From the NCBI GenBank assembly GCA_964036045.1, contig OZ038378.1, forward strand, positions 7,502,001 through 7,566,000: a stretch of 64,000 bases of DNA. Direction: 5' to 3'. The position numbers and the translations under genes were made by a program. How positions within the stretch are numbered: the first letter of the stretch is position 1; each line of letters begins with the position of its first letter. Positions 49,181 through 60,818 of this stretch are shown piece by piece. The notes under the pieces are model-generated. The model ran no database searches. It was not told the DNA's origin and was given only the letters and a program-made list of their open reading frames with translations. The DNA comes from Eutreptiella sp. 'Long Island Sound 2002' (taxonomy: Eukaryota; Protista; Euglenida).

Positions 49181-51060
49181 TTGAGATACCGTATCGGCAC
49201 ATCCGGTGTGCAGGTGCCAGCGTTGGATGGTGGTCCCGGCGCGTGATTGACCCAGGGCTTGTCCTGCAGGAACGGGATTCCGCTCGTTTGTTCTTTTGAG
49301 GCCACTCAACGGTTTCAGGCGGCTGAACTGTGAGCGACCGGCAGTGCTCGATGCTTCTCGGACAGCAGTGGGCGGTTAACCATCTTTGATCGATATTTCA
49401 CCGACATTTGTTGATGATGAGCCAGCAGTTTACGATTTAACCGACCGCGGTCGGCCGCTTTTTGCTTCATGCAACACAGAATTCAGCAGTGTTTACTGCC
49501 ACAGAACTCAGTTGTGTTGTTGGGGGAACCCGTCTTATGTTTTGCGCCCTGTGATACAGGGATCTTTCTGGGCTTGGGTGGAGGCTGCTAGCCAACTTTC
49601 CCAAACGCTGGCTGGCCCGGGGGTGGGGTGAGGGAGCCGAGCACAATGCCACCCAATCAGGCTTGGCCATAATCCAAATACACGGGCTGCCACAAGCTGT
49701 GCAGTGCCCACAAAATGCAGCATATGACGCCAAGTGCAGCACACCGCTTTTACTCATCACACAAAAATTTTCTTGCACACCCCGTGACCCCGCCCTGTTC
49801 CTTCTCCAGACAGGCCTGACCACCCTCAGAAAACGTGGGAGGATTTGAGGAGCATAAAAAGGGAGACAAGCCGGGCGCATGGCTCTTCTGCAACTGGTGG
49901 TGAATTGGTCTGCATTGTAATCGTCATTAGCATTGCAGTCGTGGTGCGCCCACATTTTCTGGGTCCTGCATGGGATTCAGTTGTGCTGCTCGGCGCGGCC
50001 CCATTTTGATGGGTTGTGCGTGGACAATCCGCAATCGGCAAAAAATGTGCGTGGACAATCATCGCAGGGGATTGTCCTCATGCGCACCGCCGCCGACGTT
50101 AAGGGTTGCGCCCGTATTGCACAGCTGTCTTCACTTTTGACAAAATGGTTTCAGGATGCAGCCGCAGGAAGTCTGTTCGAGGTCTGCATGTCCATTTGGG
50201 GAGTGTGAGCCAGGCTTGTGTGCTAGACACAGAGCCAGACCCCCATCTTCATACGCTGACTCAACTCTGAAGCTGCCCTGCAACCCAGCCCAAGGCTTAT
50301 CCAGTTGTACGACCGGTGTTGCAGTGAGTCATCCGGCACACTGGGAATGAGCCGCAAGGTGAGTGAGGCGCTTGGCAACAAAGTGGGGCTCTGTTTCAGC
50401 CCTTTGGCTCGCCCTGACGAAGTTCAACCGCTTTTCGCCCACAACGTCATTGCATTGTTGTGTGACCTGCCCATCGTCTGACCTTCTCTCTGGAGGAGGA
50501 AGAACATTGTGCAACAAGCGGTGCTCCCGTCCCCCAGCTGTGACTTATTGCAAGACATGCTCCATCCAAAGCCCAGCCTCCCCGCCCTACATTTCTCTGC
50601 AAGCCAGTTGTTTGCGCACAAAGCCAAGCCTAATGCACTGATGCACTTGTATTCTACACCGTGTTGACTATTATTGGCAGATCCTGCAGATTTCATGCGG
50701 CCTGCGTGTGTTGGCGGCATATGCATGGGATGATACCAGACCTCTGGTATTTTGTATATCCGTACCACATCCAGGGGGCGAGTGGTTGGGTGGGTCTGGA
50801 TTGGTGGGTCGGTCCCCACTGTTCTGTGATGAAGGGACCTTTTTGAATTTGATCCTTCCAAGCCCAAGGCAGCTCGGGGGGCGGGTGTGAGGGGGCCGAC
50901 AGAAAAGTGCCCTCAATGCTACTCGGCGTTTGTTGAGGCTGGTCGTAACCCTGGGCTACCCTGGGCTACACTGCATCTTCGGTTAAGACGTGACTGCTAC
51001 GGCAGCTCTGTAGGCTCCCCGGGGGATGGATGCCCACCACAGTGCTGGGAATTCTGTGTA

Positions 51061-51165
<105 letters not shown>

Positions 51166-54100
51166 ACGCGCCCCTGTGCGCGTGCCTGTGCCACAAAAGG
51201 TGTTATCACACACCGGCCAGACCAGTCCCTCTTTAACGGTGTAAATGACTTTCTACTACGACGGACTGGGATACACGGGAAGGGCGGGGGGGGGGGGGAG
51301 TCACTACACCCACCGCTACTCCTCTGTCAGCGTCCACATGTTTCACCTGCTTGGGAAAGGGCAAGCTGGGCATGCAGCCACCTTTTGCTGGTTGACAGAA
51401 AGGCATTGAACAGACGGTGTAGCTTGCCCCTCTGCCGATGGGCTGTCCACCAAGCATGGCGACAACCCCGCCCCAACCCTGCTTAAAGCCTACATCCCAG
51501 TGTGCCGGTATATGTGTGTGAAGGGGGGAGGGTGACACTTGCGCAAAATACCTTGGTTTTTTCTCCAGATGGGCCTGCGAAAATGACAGTCTGTGTCCTG
51601 AGACCCAGTGTGGAACAAACTGCAGGTGACTATTCAGGGCTGCTATCTAAGATGCTTTGGTGTAGAGGTTGGCTGCAGAGCATGGTTGAGTGGGCAATTG
51701 GTCAAGCGGTGGGCATACTGGAACATTGGATGAGCCAAACCCCCCATCAGCAAAGCCCTGGGAAGAAGTGCAACACACGGCATGGTGATGGCAACAGCTG
51801 TTCACCAGCGATTTTGCATGGTCATGACAGCCCTTCTCACTGTGGCTTCAAGGTGGGTGTCAGATTGAGATCTTGGAATGTGTTATGTTGTTGTGGTGTG
51901 ACTGGCTACTAGTGCAACTGGGGGCGCTGATCCTATTTCGTGCCCTGCTGCGCACAATTTGGGTTACCCCAGAACAGGCGAAAGCGTGGTCCATGCAAAC
52001 AGGCATTTTTTGCGGAACAACCCCGATGTACCATTGTTTTTTCATGTTCATCTAACACGTTTTCCATTTTGGGCCTCTTTTGGCTTCACAAATGGTGCAC
52101 TTCTTGCCCATCCCCAGTATGGTACTCCTCTTTGGAGTCCCCAAGATGGCAGGGGGTATGTAGCCATTTTAAGATCTCTCCACTTTGGAAACCCTGAGAC
52201 AGCACGGATAATTAATCTGTGTTGACTTTGGGATTCTTGACAGAGCCTTTACCGTCTCTGGGTCCCCCAAAAGAGGAATGAATGAAATTACTTTTTAGAT
52301 TGTTGCTAAAAAAAAAACCACATTTGTCGTCAAAGTGTGTATGTTTCATATAAATATTGTAGGGTTGGGAAAATCGAGGACAAACGAATACATTCACGAT
52401 TTTCTTCAGTAAAACAGGAGAGATAATTTAGAGAGATCATTTTTCAACATTCTGAACTCCATGCCCGTTTCTCCTCTGCCGCCCCAATCAGCCAAAAAGC
52501 GGCACTGGTGGGGCGGTCCGGACCACAACATCATTGGGACATGCGGTGAGCAAAACAACGATGTTACTAAGAATTAACCAAACAAATTCAACTCTTTGAA
52601 GCAGTGTACGCGAATAGGTCTAAAAAAGTGAAAATGAGAGAAGTGTAGTATTTTCTTGTACATAAAGCCTGCCTACCTTTGATCTATCCAGTTGTGCAGG
52701 GTGATTTTTGAGCTTTAGTGATGCCATGGCTTCAACCTAATGGCAACCACATGGGTCTCTAAAGATGCCTAAAAACCCACATTGTTAGCAAGCGATCATT
52801 CAAATCCATGGCAAAAGTGACCAAAAGATTTAAAAAAAATCTACTTTTGAAAAAATTTCAGCCGTTGGAAAGTTAAATCAAACAGCCATTTGCACATAGT
52901 TGCACATAGTGCTTGCATGTAGGGGATCGTGATGTGACATTTCACCTTTTGCCATCTAGTTCCTCTGCACATACGACGTGATTACGTTTAGTGAAGCTTC
53001 ATCCTTTGTTTTTGCAATCACGTACACAATGTTCTGTTGCATGTATTTTGTCTACAATTGTACTGCATGCCCATGTAATCAGTCATCCATAAAATGCTTA
53101 CGCAATATGTTCTGTTCTTTTATACCTAACTGGGTAGGAAAGATTGCAAAGGTGGTTTGTGCAAAGTCATGGTAGTGCAAAGGTGATCTAAGTGCTTGCA
53201 ATTGACTTTAGACCACTTTGCGGAGCTTGTCTCTTTGACTTTGTTTTCTATTTTTGTTCAAAGCTCATTCAAGCCAAAGCAAACTTGAAAAGGTCCCTTT
53301 GCCATGTGTGCCAAGGTACATGCTTCAATCAATGGAGCACAATGTGTCTATGCACAGCGAGAAACATCACAAGGTCAGGAATGACCTGCAACCTACCCGC
53401 GTAGATCCTTTGTTGAAGCGGCTTTGGATTTCAAAGCAACTTTTTTTCATGTCTTTTTTTCAACCGGACATCCGCGACCAATGTGGTGTCGTATGTTTCT
53501 GTAAAAATATTGTCTTTTTGCATTGCTACCACATTTTGTACATCATGTAGTGACTCAAGGCTGTCGCTCCAAACTAGTTGTAGAGAATATAGTCTTGAAA
53601 GATAAGTATGAGCAAAATTTGGGGCATCAATGAAATTTCAGAAAGATTGTATATAGAAGCTTCGGACATTTTGGTTCAAAATGACAAATGTAGCTCTTAT
53701 ATCCAAGAGTCCAAGGGCTACTGCGACACACTGTGAAAGTGAAAAAAAAGAGTGCCCATTGAAAACGTGAAACAGGGCTATAAAAAGGTGTTAGGATGCA
53801 GAAGTCGCCAGCAGAAAGATATTCTCGTTCCCAATGGTTTTTTTTTATGAAAATCACAATGCTTTTCAAAATCAGTGAACCGAACTTAAGGTAGTCAAGC
53901 GAGAATGGGCACTAGAACAATCAGATCAAAATTAGGATGTACTCTTTCCAAATTAAAGCATAAGTAGCAAAAAGGGGCTGCATACCAAGATAGACGAATG
54001 CTTCAATGATTTATAAACAAATGTAGATCGTTTTCATATGGAAATTGACAACAATCAGGCCAAGTAGATTGAAATTATCGTTGGATGTGCAACTGTTTTG

Positions 54101-54819
54101 TGCGCAACGGACTGGGTTAGGAATCTGGAGCAAGTAGGTTGGGCCGGACACAGGATATGGATTGGCCAGCTTGGCCAAGCAACTAAATTTAGAAACCATT
54201 ACAAAATAGAACTACAATAAGCAGATGAAACTTTAGAATATCCAGTTTCTAAGGTGAAAAACAACTAGGCTTGACCGTTCAAGAAAAACACACGAGGTGC
54301 CTACTTTATTTCGGTATAACTTGTACCTTCATGAAAGAAGGTACCTCCGCTCCATTGAGTGGTAGGGGTGGACTTCATCGGAGGCTAGTGTTGTTACCCC
54401 AGTTACTTTGAAATGCGTGCTGAATGCTTCGAAAAGAATGAAAAAGAGCCGAAATAATTGTCTAAGACACTTCCCAAGAAAAGGGGGAGGGGGTTGGCCT
54501 TGAACAAGTACCCAACAAAAGATGTAGTTAGTGACTTTTTCTTACTCCAATTTCTACTCATTTTTGGCACAAAGAAGAAGTCATTGTTGATACCATTAAT
54601 GAAAAATGATATACTATTGATGCGTTGTACGTATGACCAAATGCCTGTCTGGGCTTAGAAAGACTGCGCCTGGCGCTCGCTTCGTAAGCCAGGCCATACA
54701 AGGGCACCTCTGGTTTTATTCAAAGTTTCTGTGCATTATTTTTGATTGATGTAGATCTCTTTTTTGAAAAATTTTGGCCAAAATGATGACCATTGATGTC
54801 GTATACCATCTACATAATG

Positions 54820-55254
54820 TAAGGTTTGGAACTTGGTAGTTTTGAACATAACCGGTTACTAGTTTTCAACGATTATTTCACAAAAACAAGCGGTTTTGCC
54901 GATTAATGGATTTCAAAATAACCGGGGTTTCCGATTAATTGCCCTTCACCCACCAAAATTTTGCCATCTCCCAAAAGAGAGCCCAAACAAGTCGGGGAGC
55001 AGTGGCCAAAAACTACACCCGAAGTTGCGTTTCACCTTAGACCATGTGTTATTGCTACCGAAGCTTACTTTTAGTGTAGAAATTGGACAAAATGTCGTGC
55101 CAAAAAAAAACCCAAAAAATTTGCAACCGTTCTGATTAATTAGTTTAACGTAGTTTTCAAAATAGCTAGTTGTGCCAATTGTTTGAAAATAACCTCAGAT
55201 TGTTGCCGATAACCAGCTTTTCTGATTAATTGTTAAAACCGGTTTGGAACCCTA
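54820..55254. mobile_element. Possible hAT-type MITE with AACCGG / GATTAAT internal repeats
   Basis: Imperfect inverted ends TAAGGTTTGGAAC and GTTTGGAACCCTA; recurring TAACCGG and CGATTAAT motifs. No clear TSD. Confidence 0.35.
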
Positions 55255-56891
55255 ATATCATGGTTAATCAACCGTCCGGAGCAAAAGTGTACACTAATGT
55301 GGTCATCACGTAGCCTTTTGCTGTGTAACAATTGTTCAAAGGAAGAAAGTAATTCTAAGTCACTGCGGATCAAACAATTGTGAATACCACTGCACAATAT
55401 AATGGCAATTTCTGTAAATGTATTTTGTGGTTTGCCTTTGAGGTTTGATTAGATTGTTTGCTTCGAAAGTTGGATTAGAACTTGTGAATGTGGCATGTAT
55501 TGGTCCATCTACAGCTATCTGTTTTGCCAAGGAAAGGCAATGCACTTTGCACTCACACCTGCGCACCCCCCTGTTTTAGCACCCTAATCACCCCCTGGTT
55601 GCCGTATATAGCGGATTTCCCGAGAAAGACGAGTGAAGAGGAATTAAGGGCGAAGGAAGTTATCAACACTGTGGTGAGCGGCGTCAAGCCCCTGTCCTCA
55701 CCACCGAAGTCCTCCGAATTGTGTGCAGGCGGCACTTCGCTTTGCTCCTTCGAACTACCAATACCACCGATTTCTTGCCATTCCGCTTCCAAGGTCGAAA
55801 ATGCGCGAATGGAAATAAATTAAATACTATGTTTCCCTCCATACGTATGGACCATATACAACCATTTCGACATGATGTGATAATCACATTGACATGATGA
55901 TAATGAGATACGCATGAAAAAGAGGTTGAGCAGATATGGTGAGTGATGGAAGAGATTATTTCAATTGGTGCTCGGAATGGCCTACCCGTTCTTGTTGTTG
56001 GGCTTGTCGTTGCCTGAGAACCCAAAAGGACACCCGAGGGCAACTTCGAATGCCAACAAAAGCATTTGAGGATCAAACATGTGGGGATGGTCCGCATTGC
56101 GTGTTGCGCTTCTTCTAGAATGGGCCGCGTGATCCAAGAACCCTTGAAGCATGTTCGTGCGTGCCTACCTTGGTGAACAAACCGTTGATGGTGGGCTCCG
56201 TAGCGATCGAAGACTCACAAGTTGAAGACCGTGTGCTAGGTATGTATTGAAAATGCGACTCACTTCATGTCATTCATCCGAGAAGCATGTGCGACAAGGG
56301 GGCATCCCTCCCACTCCCTCACATCACTCGGCAGTCCTTTATCCGGAAATGGTAGGTTCAAACTCTCGCCGTTCTTCACAGCTTGCGTTGGATACGTCCG
56401 GAAACATGGCGATTTCGAAACAAGCAAGGGGCACAATAGAGCTCCGGACGATCGTTGCGATATGTAGGCATATCAACGCACACGTACTCTCTTGTGTCCT
56501 AGATGAGGAGCTCACGGATGAATTCGACATGTTTGCGCAAGACGTTCATTGTGAATCCAGAGCAAGGTGCTCAACTCTCCGGTGCATTTGGTGCAATTGG
56601 GCTCACCCAATACCTCAAATGCCAACAACCTTCCATATGTTTCTAGTTGTGGTGTGCAAACTCCGTTTCGCTTCGCTGATTCTCAAAGCATTTCTACACC
56701 GCTCGTGACCCCCCGCGACTTCGGGCATCCCCGGTGATTACACTTCCGAACAATGACGTCACTCTCAATAAACTTACGAAACAAGACGCCCCCAACCTTA
56801 TCTCTTTATTTTCTTGTTGCTCCTTATGCTTGGTATCGTTCGTTGGTGCTACTCCATACAATGGCATGGGTGGTGGTTGTTTAGGATTGCA

Positions 56892-57480
56892 ACGTAAGTT
56901 ACAAACGTAAGTTACGACGTAAGTTACGGCCGTAAATTACGTAAGTTACGGCGATCATAAATTACGGGCCGTAAGTTACGCCCCGCCCGAATTTTTCGCC
57001 ACCCCTTCTCCATAGGCCTCTTTTCACACACATGAAGACTAAAGGGGCTATTTGGGATGAATACACCATTGTTGAGTTCAAAGATGATGGGAAGACACCC
57101 AAAACGGTTCAATGCAAGCACCCTGGTTGTGACTACCGCAAGGCTGCGAACCAAAACCGGATGCTTCAACATTGGAGGGACAAACACACTCAACCTGAGG
57201 AGGTCGAAGATGCCCTACCCGTGGATACTCCTCTAGATACTCCACTTGGGAAGGTGGAAGGTTGTGGCTCGCCCATGGGGGCCCCACAAAAGTTGCCAAC
57301 AACTCCCCCACCCCTCACCCCCCCTACAAAAGCGGGAAAAGTACAATTTTTGGCAAAATTACATGCTTTTGGCGTAAAACCTTGGTCCGGACCATAAATT
57401 ACGTAATTTTTGTAAGTTACGGCGTAAGTTACGGCGTAAGTTACGGCCCGTAATTTAAAAACCTTAAATTACCGTAATTT
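56892..57480 (+). mobile_element. Truncated hAT-like element: BED zinc-finger ORF between CGTAAGTTACGG motif arrays
   Basis: ORF 57032-57397: AIWDEY...VQCKHPGCDYRKAANQNRMLQHWRDKH (W..C-x4-C..H-x4-H). Motif arrays at ~56892-56990 and ~57395-57480. Confidence 0.65.
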
Positions 57481-58348
57481 ATCAATCCTATGGTTGTTGG
57501 TTCCGCCTCCGCTTGCTATGCGTCTTTTGGTTCGTAGGAAAAGGCAAAAGGTCAACACGCTTGGGAATAAAATTGATGGGGATGCGACCAACGTAGATAA
57601 TTCTTCAAAAGTGGCCGAATGGATTGCCCATGTGGCGGTGCCGGTGTCCGAAGGTGTGTGCTTGTCAAACCCGAGGCACCCAAGCATGAGATTGCCGACG
57701 GCGCACGGTGAACGGTCGTGATTGGAGGCAACGGCAACGGCAAGTGTTGCCCACGATCTTCTTATTCATACCTTCAATTCGTGCTCCCCAATTGTTCGTG
57801 CTCCCATCTTGTTCCTAATTGTAGGTGCCCACGATGCGGCGGTGCGGCCGAAACCCGCCATAGGGGTTGCCCCGCGTCCTAAGCGCCGTTCTGGTAAGCA
57901 GCACGTAGAAGGGCCAACGGAGGCGGCCGCGGACGGCATGCCGCAACCGAGCCCTCCAATAGTCGGCGTAGAAACGCCACATAGGTATCGTGCACACATG
58001 GGCACCGTGCTTTTGTGACGGGGTTCTTGGGAGGTGAGGCCAACCAAGGTATTTGGGGGGTTGGCTCCATGGGTTTGTGTTTGGTGGGGTGGCTCGGTTG
58101 ATGAGGTCGTACAAAGTGCTTTTGCCCCCGCGCCGTGGATGTGAGGGGGGGATCCTCTCAATCAAGAGTAAGCCCGTTCAACAATTGGGTCATTAATAAT
58201 GGGTGCATCAATAACAATTGCTTAACAACCTCTCGGAAGTACCCGAGGAACCTTAAACCCAACCAACCGGTTGTACTCGGTAAGCGGTTGCACTCGCGGG
58301 GGTTGTGGGCGATGGTAGCATGGGCGACCCGGGCCGAGTAGCTTTGCC

Positions 58349-60818
58349 ATGAGCTGTGGGCGACGTTCCGCATCTGCATCTGTTGTTCTCAGACCCTTGT
58401 CGGACGGATCCGGAGACCTCGGTCGCCCGACGAAAAGGCGAGCCACAAGCAAGTCATCGCCACATGCGCCCTTGACCCACGATGCCGCGGAAGAGCACCT
58501 TGGCGTTGCCAATTGCGACGGTCAAGAAGGGGCGGCGCCACGCAAATTGCCGCCGGATTCACTAGGCAAGGATGACCAGGTTGAGGAGGAAGCAAGTACC
58601 GTGGCAACGGGGAAAGTTGGTACGGCGTCCAGTTCCACCGCGGGCTCAGGGATGCAGGGCAATGGAGCCTCGGATTTACATGGACCGGCACCGATGCCGT
58701 CGCATGCGGGCGAAACTGGACCCGAAAGAGGCCTGGGTGTGCAGCCCGAGACAAATTGTTCATTTTCGTCTTCCTTTGTGCTTGGGGCGGCCCTGCCTCT
58801 GTTCACAACGGGTAGTGGACGTCAAGTTGCGGCGCCCACCGAGACCCAGCGGCAACGCGCATTAGACATCCTCGAAAGTGTGGATGCACCGGGGCCGAAG
58901 GATAACGCGCAGCACCCCGACCCGGGGCCAGGGCCGGGGCCGGAGCAGCCTCTGTTCACAACGGGTAGTGGACGCCGGGTCGCGGCGCCCACCGAGGCCC
59001 AGCGGCGACGCGCTCAGGACATTCTCGAAAGTGTGGATGCACCGGGGCCGAAGGATAACGCGCAGCACCCCGACCCGGGGCCAGGGCCGGGGCCGGAGCA
59101 GCCTCTGTTCACAACGGGTAGTGGACGCCGGGTCGCGGCGCCCACCGAGGCCCAGCGGCGACGCGCTCAGGACATTCTCGAAAGTGTGGATGCACCGGGG
59201 CCGAAGGATAACGCGCCGCACCCCGACCCGGGGCCAGGGCCGGGGCCGGAGCAGCCTCTGTTCACAACGGGTAGTGGACGCCGGGTCGCGGCGCCCACCG
59301 AGGCCCAGCGGCGACGCGCATTAGACATCCTCGAAAGTGTGGATGCACCGGGGCCGAAGGATAACGCGCAGCACCCCGACCCGGGGCCAGGGCCGGGGCC
59401 GGAGCAGCCTCTGTTCACAACGGGTAGTGGACGCCGGGTCGCGGCGCCCACCGAGGCCCAGCGGCGACGCGCTCAGGACATTCTCGAAAGTGTGGATGCA
59501 CCGGGGCCGAAGGATAACGCGCAGCACCCCGACCCGGGGCCAGGGCCGGGACCGGAGCAGCCTCTGTTCACAACGGGTAGTGGACGCCAGGTCGCGGCGC
59601 CCACCGAGGCCCAGCGGCGACGCGCTCAGGACATTCTCGACGCGTCCGCCCACGCGTCTCAGGATGGTGCAAGAACGAGGCCGCGCAGACCCGAAGGCTC
59701 GACTGGCTTCGCAGCCGGGGGCACACGCCATACGCCGGCCAATGTGGCGCTTGCGACTGGCGGCGTTCGGACGGCGTCGCCTTCGAACCCCGAAACGCTG
59801 CAGCAGGTGACAGCCGCACTGGGGCCACATGAGGCGCGCAGTGGGCCCGATTGTGACGGCCCACCACGTCGCAGTGTAAGCACTGCCCGCAGTCTCAGCG
59901 CGCCGACCATCGGTGCCGCACGCTCGCTTCTTGGCAGTCGACCGCGCTTTGTTCCGCCAATCGCGCGGCAACATCGCAGCAGCCCCGAGGAGTGTGCCGC
60001 CGGGGCCGGTGCCGCCGGGAGTGTGCCGCCGCAACCCCCGGCAACACCACAGAGGATGCCGGCTGACGGGGCCGCCTCGAGCAGTCCCGCCCCCAGCCCC
60101 CGAACGCTTGCGACTCCGAAACGCAGGTTTCGGGCCCCGAAGCAGCAAACACCAATGCCATCCCCTGGGCCCGGCACGCCGCAGCCGCGCCGGGGCACCC
60201 CAGTCACCCCCTCGGCAGGAACGCCGTGTGCACAGCTCCCGCAAAAGGTGCAATCTCTGCCGGTTCCGGGGTGGCTGCCGGTGAAGGCGAGTGCGGATTC
60301 CTGCACGATACCGCTGGCGGAGTTCCAACGGCGCTACTACGAGGAGACGGTGGCCCAGCCTCGGGAGACGGTCGCACCCGCGCATTACATTCGGCGCCTG
60401 CGCGACGGTTACATTTCTCCGGCACAAGCAGCAGATTATGCCTTCGACCCCCCCGCGTCGGGGACGCCGCTCCACGCGGTTCTGGTGGATAGCGGCTGGT
60501 GCAGCCCCCAGTCCGTGGGCTGGACCGCGCTGCGCGCCGCGCTGCTGCACTTCGGTGCGTTGAGCCACGTCGTGACTGAGGCCTGGGCGCGCAACCATTT
60601 CCGGTGGGTTGTGTGGAAGTTGGGGGCGATGGAGCTGCGGTTCGCGCGGGTTCTCTTTGGAGTTTACCTCACGGCGGAGCGGGTGCTGGCGCAGCTTGTG
60701 GACCGGTACAACGCGGAGTACCTCGGGGGCCGGAATTCCGCTCTTCGGGCGATCCTGCAGCGGGATCAGCCCGCCGCGAAGCCGCTGGTGCTGTGCATTG
60801 CGGGCGTGGTCAAGCAAG
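58349..60818 (+). CDS. BRCA2: BRCA2 exon 1 (BRC array, helical domain, start of OB1)
   Basis: Long ORF ending VVKQG, donor GTGTGC, phase 1. Confidence 0.92.

Noticed and set aside
50470-50570. B-box-like LCNKRCSRPPAVTYCKTC
   Set aside because: Ligand set incomplete and no consistent splice sites; probably chance.
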